Source: a phage | Strand: one strand, 5' to 3' | DNA: 64,000 bases | Sequence record: PZ168832.1 | Notes under the pieces: model-generated | What the model saw: only the letters and a program-made list of their open reading frames with translations | What the model was told of the DNA's origin: nothing | The model's database searches: none | Shown: positions 17,553-25,922 of the stretch, one piece after another | Position numbering within the stretch: position 1 is the first letter of the stretch | How the letters are laid out: each line of letters opens with the position of its first letter | Program-made: the position numbers and the translations under genes

Positions 17553-18179
17553 TTAGATAATCTGGAAGGTGTAGGACTTGTTGCCGAACTCGAAGTTCAA
17601 GCGCCCAGCTTCCTTAAGCTTCATGCGGAAGCGAATATGTTTGCTATCCGGTAAGCCCAGCGCGGCGAACGCTACGCGGACCGATTTGAACTCTCCTACA
17701 CCCTCGACCATAACGCCGTTACGGGTAAGACGCTTTTGCGCCACTTCCTTATTATCCCAACTTTTTGCAATGCCTTCGCTATTCGAACGGCGATGGGAAG
17801 GAGTTCCGTTTTGCACTACGCAATTTGCACTATCGTTTAAACCGCTCTTAACGAAGGCTTCATACTCTTCGTCGGTCATCGCGTCGAGTTCTTCCTGCGT
17901 CGGCTCGGCCTTTTTAACGACCGCACGCGCCTTATGCGTTTTTACATCGCTGGACACTTCCTCGCGCGGCTTCGCGTCGGGGATGGGCGATTCGTTGGAC
18001 GGCTCATCGAGCGCGTTTAAGGACTCGATTAACGCGATTACGCGAGTCTCGGCGGTCCGGCGGTCCGAAAACTTCTTAATCGGTTTTGAGCCGGAATTTG
18101 CATTATAGAATGCAACGAGGTCGGCGGTCTTAGTTGCGATAACGTCGCCGCTAGTCGAGAAGCGATTTAAGCTAACCAT
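17553..18179 (-). CDS. Hypothetical protein (208 aa), cassette gene
   Basis: Strong third-position bias with abundant CGC/TCG/GCG/TTA codons unlike the rest of the window; the antisense ORF 17578..18108 is Ser-rich low complexity. Confidence 0.55.
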   Translation of the reverse strand: MVSLNRFSTSGDVIATKTADLVAFYNANSGSKPIKKFSDRRTAETRVIALIESLNALDEPSNESPIPDAKPREEVSSDVKTHKARAVVKKAEPTQEELDAMTDEEYEAFVKSGLNDSANCVVQNGTPSHRRSNSEGIAKSWDNKEVAQKRLTRNGVMVEGVGEFKSVRVAFAALGLPDSKHIRFRMKLKEAGRLNFEFGNKSYTFQII

Positions 18180-18259
18180 AATAAACTCCTATTTGTTAGG
18201 GCGCTAGGCGCGAAAGAATTTTATTAAAGCGCCGCGCACGACGCTCTAAAAATCCTCTC

Positions 18260-18544
18260 TTACGCTTCGACGAGGGAGAAGGTTTCAAATTCTTCTTCTC
18301 CCATAACGAGTAAAATATTCCCGATTTCGACCGCTTCGAAGAAGTATCCGTTAACGTTTACTTCGAATGATTCGCGGTCCGATTCCGGTAACGCCGCGTA
18401 AAGTTTAAAAGCCTCGGCGACCGTTACCCCACCCGCTTCAATAGTTTGATCTACGTTCGCGGCGTAGACTTCGGATAAATTTTGTTTTACGCCGTAGTTC
18501 TCGACGATAGCGTTACGGATAGAAGAAACGTTAAGAATAGCCAT
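18260..18544 (-). CDS. Small acidic protein, paralogue of 19176..19466
   Basis: Aligns by eye with 19176..19466: SIRNA/SAIRAA, LSEVYAANVDQTIE vs LESVYLSNVDATIE, VNVNGYFFEAVEIG vs VTINGFVYTITEIG. Confidence 0.55.
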   Translation of the reverse strand: MAILNVSSIRNAIVENYGVKQNLSEVYAANVDQTIEAGGVTVAEAFKLYAALPESDRESFEVNVNGYFFEAVEIGNILLVMGEEEFETFSLVEA

Positions 18545-18612
18545 TTTAAACTCCTAGTTGGGATAGGCGTTAACGACCTATTCGTTAACTCATCCCGTCC
18601 CGATATGAGTAC

Positions 18613-18640
18613 ATTATAATATAGTGTAGAAAAAAGTAAA
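18613..18640 (-). promoter_or_regulatory. Cassette promoter P1 (sigma70-like)
   Basis: On minus strand TTTACT, 16-nt spacer, TATAAT, followed by a conserved TATCGGGACGGG block. Confidence 0.5.
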
Positions 18641-18684
18641 GCACTTTTTCGATAAAAATGCGATAAATTATTTTATCTTTTTTC

Positions 18685-18712
18685 TTTACTTCTTCGTACA
18701 CTCGCGTATACT
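18685..18712 (+). promoter_or_regulatory. Cassette promoter P2 (sigma70-like)
   Basis: TTTACT (18685-18690), 16-nt spacer, TATACT (18707-18712), then conserved GTTTATATCGAGACGG. Confidence 0.5.
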
Positions 18713-18767
18713 TGTTTATATCGAGACGGGCGATGGCCTTTCTTCTACTAGCATCGGGAGCTTTATT

Positions 18768-19070
18768 ATGACTACTTTGATCTCTTCCATCCTTACTTAC
18801 GACGAAGACCGCTTAACCGTTCGCTCTCTTATCGCCGCCGTTAACGCGGAACTAGAATCTAGCGCCATTAAGGTCCGCGCGGTCGCCTTCATCGGCCTTT
18901 CCTTCGACGATATGAAGTACGCCGAACGTAGCGCCATCCGCTTCACGAAGACCGACGACGAAGCCGTTACCCTTATCGAGACGGTTACGCCGCGCGACGA
19001 AGCGTTAATTATCATCGAGTATATCGATATAGAAGGTGATAAAGCTTATAAATATTTTATCGCAAAATAA
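18768..19070 (+). CDS. Small acidic protein (100 aa), cassette gene
   Basis: ORF with GGGAG RBS; same codon bias as the other cassette genes. Confidence 0.55.
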   Translation: MTTLISSILTYDEDRLTVRSLIAAVNAELESSAIKVRAVAFIGLSFDDMKYAERSAIRFTKTDDEAVTLIETVTPRDEALIIIEYIDIEGDKAYKYFIAK

Positions 19071-19081
19071 CGAAAAATTGC

Positions 19082-19110
19082 TTTACTTATTCGTACACTA
19101 AGACTATAAT
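19082..19110 (+). promoter_or_regulatory. Cassette promoter P3 (sigma70-like)
   Basis: TTTACT (19082-19087), 17-nt spacer, TATAAT (19105-19110), then conserved GTTTATATCGAGAGGG. Confidence 0.55.
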
Positions 19111-19175
19111 GTTTATATCGAGAGGGATGAGGAAGCGAATAGGTCGCTACCCTCCCGACTAACTAGGAGAATATT

Positions 19176-19466
19176 ATGATTACTTTATCCGCTATCCGCG
19201 CCGCTCGCGTCGAAACTTCCGAAAACTCTAATGTATTTGGCGAAACCTTAGAGAGCGTTTATCTCTCTAACGTAGACGCGACTATCGAGTCTATTTATGA
19301 ACCGATCAACTTCCTCGACCTTTACAAGTATCGCGACGAGGACGTAGCATCCTACCGCGTAACGATTAACGGCTTCGTCTATACGATTACCGAAATCGGC
19401 GGCGAATATCTCGCGATCCCGCAACTCGGCGGAGAAGTGACTTATTTTAAAATCGTAAGCCTTTAA
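19176..19466 (+). CDS. Small acidic protein, paralogue of 18260..18544
   Basis: See alignment under 18260..18544; TAGGAG RBS. Confidence 0.55.
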   Translation: MITLSAIRAARVETSENSNVFGETLESVYLSNVDATIESIYEPINFLDLYKYRDEDVASYRVTINGFVYTITEIGGEYLAIPQLGGEVTYFKIVSL

Positions 19467-19477
19467 GGAGAAGAAAA

Positions 19478-19687
19478 ATGACTAATATGAATAACTCTCT
19501 TAACGCGCGCGCCCATCGTACCGCCGTCATCGATATGTTCCGCGAACTTAAGGAATTATGCGATAATATGAACGCGATGTTATCCATCGGCGGCTGGGGA
19601 TACGAAGAAGAGGTTAAATACGCGGTTATGCGTCGTAAGCGCGATAACGTCCTGGGACAAATTAAACGCGCCGGATTATTCCTTTAA
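19478..19687 (+). CDS. Small hypothetical protein (69 aa), cassette gene
   Basis: GGAGAAG RBS then ATG; followed by a terminator. Confidence 0.45.
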   Translation: MTNMNNSLNARAHRTAVIDMFRELKELCDNMNAMLSIGGWGYEEEVKYAVMRRKRDNVLGQIKRAGLFL

Positions 19688-19713
19688 TTATAATTACCCA
19701 CCGTTACTAATAG

Positions 19714-19739
19714 GCCGCGCTTAGTCGCGGCTTTTCTTC
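19714..19739 (+). terminator. Rho-independent terminator ending the plus-strand arm of the cassette
   Basis: GCCGCG-CTTAGT-CGCGGC hairpin followed by TTTTCTTCG. Confidence 0.55.
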
Positions 19740-19857
19740 GTCCCTATTTCGATGCGCTTCTCCGCGAAAACTCCTTTATCCTTCCCTTCGTCGTCGCATA
19801 ATCTTCTTCGAGATGCTCCTTAGTTCGCATAACAGGTATTACGTTAAATGGAGAACA

Positions 19858-19931
19858 TCGCGTAAGTCCTTGTTTTATATAGACACCTATATCGGACCGT
19901 TAGGGCGGGTCGCGTAAGTCGTTGTTTTATA
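19858..19931 (+). repeat. Direct repeat pair TCGCGTAAGTC(C/G)TTGTTTTATA
   Basis: Copies at 19858-19879 and 19910-19931, 52 bp apart, in a non-coding stretch. Confidence 0.5.
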
Positions 19932-20056
19932 AAGGCGCAAAACTTTCCCTTCGTTCCGAACTAAAACGAGGAATATGCCGACCCTTCGTCCGAAAATAGT
20001 ACGCATGCGAAATTACATGCATCTAGAATAATCCCCACCGATATTATCCTACACGC

Positions 20057-20120
20057 AATCATTCGCTTTCGAATCATTATGCTTCATATTGTTATGCGTC
20101 AAATCATTCGCTTTCGAATT
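20057..20120 (+). repeat. Direct repeat pair of an internally palindromic unit AATCATTCGCTTTCGAAT
   Basis: Copies at 20057-20075 and 20102-20120; each contains the inverted repeat ATTCG..CGAAT. Confidence 0.5.
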
Positions 20121-20391
20121 GTAACGCTGGAAACTGTAACGGCTATTGATTATTGCGTTCGTGTGGTTTTTATGGCATGGGTCTTTTGGTGCGTTTTGGT
20201 ACTTGATGGAATTTGCGGTACACTAATCAAAATACGACACATTTGGTCCACTAACTTTTCAAAGAAAAAGTCCCAGACAGTACCGTACTATTTTGTACCC
20301 ACAGTAAATTTGCAGTACACTCCTGCGCGGCAGGCAAAATAAAGGGCCGCCACAGCGACCCACGATTCACGGTTAAATCAACAAGCACCCA

Positions 20392-20772
20392 CTATTCACT
20401 CTTATGGGCATCACCAAAGCCATCCGCAATCTGGCTGATCAGCGATTCAATGGACACAGTTTTACCAATTGATCGAGCGGTAATAGCAAGCATATTATCA
20501 ATCAAACCATGATTGGATGCATATGATCCAGGTTTTGAATCATCTTCAGAACAACCAAAAAGCTGGTCGCGCAGACTTTCAAGAGAACGCTCAATATTTT
20601 CCAACTTCTCTTCTAAATCGGATTGGCGACGTAAAACCCACGTCAAGTCACGGTTGCCAACTTCCAATCCATCAGAATAGCAAGGTGGAGCGTCAATTTT
20701 GATGCTGGAACCAAAAGCAATGCCGCTGCCTTTAGTATATGTGTGACTCATAGAATCATTTTTATTTGACAT
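20392..20772 (-). CDS. Hypothetical protein downstream of the tail fibre (possible fibre assembly factor)
   Basis: AAGGT RBS then ATG at 20772 (track start 20838 is TTG). Confidence 0.45.
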   Translation of the reverse strand: MSNKNDSMSHTYTKGSGIAFGSSIKIDAPPCYSDGLEVGNRDLTWVLRRQSDLEEKLENIERSLESLRDQLFGCSEDDSKPGSYASNHGLIDNMLAITARSIGKTVSIESLISQIADGFGDAHKSE

Positions 20773-20847
20773 ATCGTTACCTTCAATATTTGGGTGATTA
20801 ACAATAAGTATAATAAAGCCGCATAGCGCGGCATTCAAATCGATTTA

Positions 20848-21096
20848 TTAATTGTGACGATTGGATTCATCAATCGATACCAATTGTGCAGGGTCGCCGG
20901 ATACAGTTGCGCCGATGATGCCCATCTGAGAGAAAAATTCTGAATAAACTTCCTTCCAGTACTTACGCGCTGCTTTCTGGGCTTGTCCTTTGCGCTTGAA
21001 GCTTTTGCCTTGAAAGATGAAACGGTCTTTTGGCGCGGAATACTCCACCACACCTTCCAGCCATTGTAAGAATGCTACTGATTCATTTTGATTCAT
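20848..21096 (-). CDS. Hypothetical protein
   Basis: GAGGA RBS 5 nt before the ATG. Confidence 0.5.
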   Translation of the reverse strand: MNQNESVAFLQWLEGVVEYSAPKDRFIFQGKSFKRKGQAQKAARKYWKEVYSEFFSQMGIIGATVSGDPAQLVSIDESNRHN

Positions 21097-21103
21097 ATAA
21101 TCC

Positions 21104-21505
21104 TCAATATTTTAATAAGAAAGCGCCCAACCAACTTTCCTCAATCTCGCGGCCAGTAGCCACACGGTCGGTCTTTGCTATGGGTCTGGATTCGCCGCAG
21201 GGTAATCCGTCTTGTAGCTGTGTACTATTGCCAATTCTCACCAAAACCTTTCCATCAGGGTCGATATAAGCGCGACAACCCATGATTTCGAGTCGCTGTA
21301 GACACTGGCGAATCGTTTTCAGCTTCTCACCGGACCGGATAGAGCGTGGTCGCGACCGCGACCGCTGACCGTTCTTATTCACTGTACGCTTGAAAACCGG
21401 AATATCATTGGTGCGTTGTGGCTTGGGTCGGTAGTAGGCTTCTTCACCAGGAGTTGCGCCTGGTGTCAGTTCGCGCTTAAGCGCCTTTTCGATATCGATG
21501 ATCAT
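21104..21505 (-). CDS. Hypothetical basic protein
   Basis: 133-aa ORF, Arg/Lys-rich; no clear RBS. Confidence 0.45.
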   Translation of the reverse strand: MIIDIEKALKRELTPGATPGEEAYYRPKPQRTNDIPVFKRTVNKNGQRSRSRPRSIRSGEKLKTIRQCLQRLEIMGCRAYIDPDGKVLVRIGNSTQLQDGLPCGESRPIAKTDRVATGREIEESWLGAFLLKY

Positions 21506-21506
21506 A

Positions 21507-21607
21507 ATTCATGCCGCAGCAGCATGGATGATTGCGTAAACAATTCCAAACAGGGCGACAACACAAACAGTGCCCCAAAATGCAAAGCGTCGTGACTCTT
21601 TATCCAT
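21507..21607 (-). CDS. Small hydrophobic peptide (32 aa)
   Basis: MDKESRRFAFWGTVCVVALFGIVYAIIHAAAA, bridging two genes with overlapping start and stop. Confidence 0.25.
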
Positions 21608-21809
21608 TGTCCACCGCCCCAATATCAGTTAAGAACTCGTGCAACGCGCCTTTCTTATTGAGTCTTTGCATAGTTTTGATATCATCAAGCGATATACTCT
21701 GATCACTTTGCTGTTTATCTATGCAGACAAGGCCGCCTTTCTTAGCCTTGATTGTCATGCCTTTGGCTTCAATACTTTTTACGAAATCGGACAATAATTT
21801 AATTTCCAT
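21600..21809 (-). CDS. Hypothetical protein
   Basis: GAGGTG RBS then ATG at 21809. Confidence 0.45.
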   Translation of the reverse strand: MEIKLLSDFVKSIEAKGMTIKAKKGGLVCIDKQQSDQSISLDDIKTMQRLNKKGALHEFLTDIGAVDNG

Positions 21810-21890
21810 AATACACCTCACTTGTTAACGTATAATGAGTATAACTTAATAGCCCATAAAGTAAAGGCGCTTTTCAGCGCCTTGAGTGAA

Positions 21891-24248
21891 TTATTTCGCT
21901 GCTTTCAGCGCGGCTATCTCTGCCTTGAGTTCATCTATCTGATCCATCAATGCAAGAATAGCCTCGTGGTGCAGTGCTGCTGCTACACCTGGTGTGTTGA
22001 CAGATTTTATGTTATCCAACGTCGAACCGTCGCGCAGAGTAACAGGCGATGACTGTGTTTCAGATACTGCTTCAGGAAAGTCTTTCTCTACATCCTGGGC
22101 GATGAAGCCAAAACCGACGGAGCCATTAGTTTCCAGAGTCCATGCCACGCCTCTGATGTTGCGCATCTTGACAAGTGGATCAGTGATCCGCTCAATGTTA
22201 CTTTTAATACGTTCATCAGATATACTCCGCCACTCCTGACACCTTGCTATTCCATCGGAGCCAAAAAGATAAGAGGCCGCGCCGCCTGTCCCGCTGTAAA
22301 CGTTCAATTGCGCGCGGTCCAGCGTGGTCGTGCTACTCCTTATGCCTCCGAGAATCCAGCTTCCACTGTACCAGTCACCGCTGATTGAGTTTACAAAATT
22401 TCCTTCTGGAACGTTGGCATAGTTTTGAATCCTTATGGCGTTGTTTTCTGCAGCAGCAACGCCTACTGAATTAACTGGGGATGCAACAAGGTCTTTAGAC
22501 CGGATATATGCATCAACAACTATTGTCCCATCAGGGCGCAGAGTTCCAATCTGGGATGTGGAATTCGGCAACACCAATTTGCCATCTTGGTTAAATGCCC
22601 ACTCTTGCACCCCATTAGATATCACAGCACCTTGTTCAGACGTCAATCCATCAATTTTGCCGTATGCCTGCAAGAATGCTTGATACGCGATGTTCGTGCC
22701 AATCTTATATTCAGATTTTACACTACCGCCTCTGACAAGCATTCCGGCTGCAGGTTTTACTGCGTCGCCGTTAATCACACTCCAAGAAGTATTCGCGGCA
22801 ACAAATCCACCCGATGCACGAATCACCCAAACGCCAACAAAGTTGCGACCCATGATTTCGTCAGTTGCCGCTCCATAAATCGGGCTTGATCTGGATGCAT
22901 CAATATTTATTGTATTGAGACGCCCCTCTACTGCCCCGCTTCCAACAGGTATGGTGTCGCCAGCGCCTTGGGGGTACAAATCGTTGTTTGTGTAAAAAGC
23001 ACCTCGGACGGCTGTGCCAAAGATTTGCGCATAAGTGCCTGCCGATACACCAGCGGCTGAGCCTGTGATGTTTGGTGCAGCAGATTCAAATATTTGACCG
23101 TTCGCAGTGGAGTTGCCGCCATCACCGCGCCCGTAAAGCGCCCGTACAGAGCCTGTCTGAACACCGTTAAGGTCTGGGACACGGAATGTCGTTGTGCCGT
23201 TACCTGAAGAATATTTTGCACGTTTGAACTTATCCGCAAGCCAGTCGGCATCTGCGATGGGCGAAAGCATTTGCGCATACGCCCAAAGTTCAGGCCAGTC
23301 AGCACGGTTTAGCAATTGCCCGTCTGCAACGACTTCGTATGGCTGAATATATGATCTACTATTGCGAAGATGGAAATCGCCAACACCATAGTTCATGACG
23401 CCGTTCATACTTGGACCAACGGTGCCTGTGTTTACTAAGTTTTCAACCCAACGCTTAGTCGCGGCATCATAATCATTTACAGGGTCGCCAGCGAGCGGCG
23501 TTGATCCTTGTGGACGGATGTTTAGCCACGCCTGAGCATTATCTGCAGAGCCTGTGCCGCCCATTGAAGTTGGAACGATGCTCTGATCAGCAACAGGGCC
23601 GAATCCAAAAGCAGACTTCATCCCTTGGATGGTAGTTTGCCCTGTGCCGCCGTTGGCGACTGGGATGACAGATTTACTGTTGTATAATTGCGCCCATTGA
23701 CTCCAAACCCCATTTACCGCGTTGTAAGTCCTTTGGTATGTAACATTGTTGTAATATGTTGAGTATCTTTGGACGCAACTTTCTATTGATGGTCCAGTTT
23801 TTAGGACTTCAAGGACTCCTGCTTGTGAAACTGGGTAATTAAGAACAGTCTGAGCATCTGCATTGAAGTCTTGGAAATAATTTCCAAACCAAGAGCCTGT
23901 CAGAAAGTTGAGATTTATCCCAGAAGGAAGTTTGCCATAATTTCTTACAACCCCTGTTAAGGTCGCAGCAGTGTTACGAATAGAAAGCATGTCACCAGCA
24001 GACCATGCACGCGCTGCCGTACCTTCTTGTGCGCGCTGCACGGTCAGGACGTCTCCAACCACGGCTGTCACTGTGACAATTTCGAATTGGCGGCCTGTTG
24101 CAGCGTCGACGATTGTCGCCACTACACGCTCGTTCGCGCCCAAGGTCGGAAATCCCGACCCTGAGCGAATTGTGATTGTGGTGTCTGAAGTCGTCGTTGG
24201 TTGAGCCAGCGCGACCTCAAAGTTGTTTTTGAATATTAGCCTTGGCAT
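21891..24248 (-). CDS. Tail fibre / tailspike protein with C-terminal intramolecular chaperone (peptidase S74-like) domain
   Basis: 785 aa; Gly/Ser/Thr-rich beta-type body; collar-like FRVPDLNGVQ...GRG; C-terminus SDERIKSNIERI ... GFIAQDVEKDFPEAV ... ALMDQIDELKAEIAALKAAK typical of auto-cleaving chaperone domains; GAGGA RBS. Confidence 0.75.
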   Translation of the reverse strand: MPRLIFKNNFEVALAQPTTTSDTTITIRSGSGFPTLGANERVVATIVDAATGRQFEIVTVTAVVGDVLTVQRAQEGTAARAWSAGDMLSIRNTAATLTGVVRNYGKLPSGINLNFLTGSWFGNYFQDFNADAQTVLNYPVSQAGVLEVLKTGPSIESCVQRYSTYYNNVTYQRTYNAVNGVWSQWAQLYNSKSVIPVANGGTGQTTIQGMKSAFGFGPVADQSIVPTSMGGTGSADNAQAWLNIRPQGSTPLAGDPVNDYDAATKRWVENLVNTGTVGPSMNGVMNYGVGDFHLRNSRSYIQPYEVVADGQLLNRADWPELWAYAQMLSPIADADWLADKFKRAKYSSGNGTTTFRVPDLNGVQTGSVRALYGRGDGGNSTANGQIFESAAPNITGSAAGVSAGTYAQIFGTAVRGAFYTNNDLYPQGAGDTIPVGSGAVEGRLNTINIDASRSSPIYGAATDEIMGRNFVGVWVIRASGGFVAANTSWSVINGDAVKPAAGMLVRGGSVKSEYKIGTNIAYQAFLQAYGKIDGLTSEQGAVISNGVQEWAFNQDGKLVLPNSTSQIGTLRPDGTIVVDAYIRSKDLVASPVNSVGVAAAENNAIRIQNYANVPEGNFVNSISGDWYSGSWILGGIRSSTTTLDRAQLNVYSGTGGAASYLFGSDGIARCQEWRSISDERIKSNIERITDPLVKMRNIRGVAWTLETNGSVGFGFIAQDVEKDFPEAVSETQSSPVTLRDGSTLDNIKSVNTPGVAAALHHEAILALMDQIDELKAEIAALKAAK

Positions 24249-24286
24249 TTTACGGTCCTCGTTTTGTCGACAACCGTATTATAACC

Positions 24287-24628
24287 TTAATTTCTTTTGA
24301 GAGGAATATGACGGTGGCTGCCATTATTTGGTTTAATAATGAGCATAAAAACGATTAGAAAGATGATGGCTGATATACTTAATTCAATCAGCGCGGCTTG
24401 AGATATGGATTGGTCTTCGTGATACTGCTTTTGCATTTCCGCTTTCTTCTGAGCGCAAACTTCAGGTGATATATAATCGCCTTTTGAGTTGCCATAATAA
24501 ATCTCGCCATTCTCAGAAATAAGTCTGCCGCAAATATCAGTTTCAGCCTTTGCGCTTGACATCATAATGACGGTGCCGATGATAGCGGCAATTGTCCAGA
24601 TTAGCAGTTGTGATAAAGTGTTGTTCAT
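24287..24628 (-). CDS. Membrane/secreted protein (N-terminal signal or anchor, C-terminal TM)
   Basis: AAAGAGG RBS then ATG at 24628; MNNTLSQLLIWTIAAIIGTVIMMSSAKA ... AALIELSISAIIFLIVFMLII. Confidence 0.45.
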   Translation of the reverse strand: MNNTLSQLLIWTIAAIIGTVIMMSSAKAETDICGRLISENGEIYYGNSKGDYISPEVCAQKKAEMQKQYHEDQSISQAALIELSISAIIFLIVFMLIIKPNNGSHRHIPLKRN

Positions 24629-24824
24629 GATGACCTCTTTAAATTCCCTTCCCACATCGGGAAGGGTGAATATTATTTTAAACGAAAGAATAGGCGCGTG
24701 CCACACAGAGAGTCCCAACGGCCTTCGCCGTCCCATATCGAACCAACGCCAGCAGTGATTGGGCCAGCAGAATTGGCGGCATTGGCCCAAGCGAGACGTT
24801 TCAACTTCCAACTGCACCAACGAT

Positions 24825-25058
24825 TCACAGTTCACCTCCAGATTGCAAAACAAGTCCCGCATAGAGGATTGCTAAAGCTAAAGGCGCACCACTTCCAGCT
24901 TCTCTATTCTCTTTGATTTGAAGAGTGTCCTTAAGGAATTGCAGCTGAACGTTGAATTCATTTTCAATTCCAAGCACTCCAGCTAATTCTTTTACAGAAT
25001 CTGCATATGCCTTGTCTAGCACTTCTTTTGGTACTGTTAAAGTCAATTCATTTGCCAT
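24825..25058 (-). CDS. Hypothetical protein
   Basis: In-frame ATG at 25058 (track start is GTG). Confidence 0.4.
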   Translation of the reverse strand: MANELTLTVPKEVLDKAYADSVKELAGVLGIENEFNVQLQFLKDTLQIKENREAGSGAPLALAILYAGLVLQSGGEL

Positions 25059-25269
25059 TTTCTTTCCACTCCACAAATGTGCTGCCACTTGTTTCTCTAT
25101 TTAGCAGGTATCTGCCGCGCATTCCATGAAGGCTGAATTCAACCGTCGATGGATTAGATTTTGAAAGCCACATCGCTTGACCGTCGAATGGTCCGCCAAC
25201 GCATGTGTATTTGGCTTTTGGCTCACTCCTTTTGGGCCGTTTTGCCCGCTCTTTGATTGATAGTCTCAT
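25048..25269 (-). CDS. Hypothetical basic protein
   Basis: 73-aa ORF with ATG. Confidence 0.4.
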   Translation of the reverse strand: MRLSIKERAKRPKRSEPKAKYTCVGGPFDGQAMWLSKSNPSTVEFSLHGMRGRYLLNRETSGSTFVEWKENGK

Positions 25270-25484
25270 CAGTCTTCACCTTGAGATTCAAGACAAGTAA
25301 GAACAAGCCATGTCATCGGAAGAATCAAAACCAGAGAAATAAGGGACCAGATGGACCAGCACAAGATGACAGACTTGAATGTGTGAACGTCGCCAAACGC
25401 AGCAGTGAAACAAAATCCCATCACGAAAGCAAGCGCGGTGGAGTGGTTATCAATGGCTTTGATGGCACGGTCGATGAGTTTCAT
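25269..25484 (-). CDS. Two-TM small membrane protein (holin-like candidate)
   Basis: GGAGG RBS 5 nt before ATG; two hydrophobic segments TALAFVMGFCFTAAFG and VILCWSIWSLISLVLILPMTWLVLTCL. Confidence 0.45.
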   Translation of the reverse strand: MKLIDRAIKAIDNHSTALAFVMGFCFTAAFGDVHTFKSVILCWSIWSLISLVLILPMTWLVLTCLESQGED

Positions 25485-25573
25485 ATTACCTCCGGTTTTG
25501 AGTTAATATGATTATAACGCAGAGCTTCAGAAAGGCAAACTTTTTGTGAATTTATGCCGTCCATGGCAAATGA

Positions 25574-25804
25574 TTAGTGAGAAGACACGACTAATGTGCC
25601 GCTTCCTTTCGCGAAAATCTCAACACCTGGCGGGATTGTGACCGTGCCAACCACTGCGATTCCGATCAACTTGTCATCGGCTTTTTCTTCGAAACAGATC
25701 TCTGCGGCACCGCCGCGAACTTGAATAAGTGCGCCTGATACGTTTTCAGCAACAGAAAGAACGGAAGTGTAAGATGGAGTGAGTTGAATATTTACTAGGG
25801 CCAT
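25574..25804 (-). CDS. Hypothetical protein
   Basis: AGGAG RBS 7 nt before ATG. Confidence 0.4.
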   Translation of the reverse strand: MALVNIQLTPSYTSVLSVAENVSGALIQVRGGAAEICFEEKADDKLIGIAVVGTVTIPPGVEIFAKGSGTLVVSSH

Positions 25805-25818
25805 GATTTACTCCTGAT

Positions 25819-25845
25819 AAAAAAATGGCCAGAAAGAATCTGGCC
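25819..25845 (-). terminator. Rho-independent terminator on the minus strand, directly upstream of the RBS of 25574..25804
   Basis: On minus strand GGCCAGA-TTCTT-TCTGGCC followed by ATTTTTTT. Confidence 0.4.
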
Positions 25846-25922
25846 GAAAAGATCACCCTTTATCCACTACTAAGCTGGAATCATAATTTTACTTGATATA
25901 GCTGTCGCAAGCAAACTATAAT

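Larger units (their letters stand above)
16626..18107 (+). promoter_or_regulatory. Cluster of at least 9 same-orientation copies of the 13-nt motif AATTTGCACTAT(G/A)
   Basis: Copies at 16626, 16642, 17127, 17308 (variant), 17379, 17424, 17511, 17808 (variant), 17822, 18095 (variant); none seen elsewhere in the window. Confidence 0.4.

Noticed and set aside
17578-18108. 176-aa plus-strand ORF
   Set aside because: Antisense to the 208-aa cassette gene; Ser/Ala-rich low complexity; the minus-strand frame has the coherent codon bias.
20079-20342. 87-aa plus-strand ORF in the repeat-rich region
   Set aside because: Composed largely of the direct repeats; no RBS; Cys/Val-rich implausible translation.
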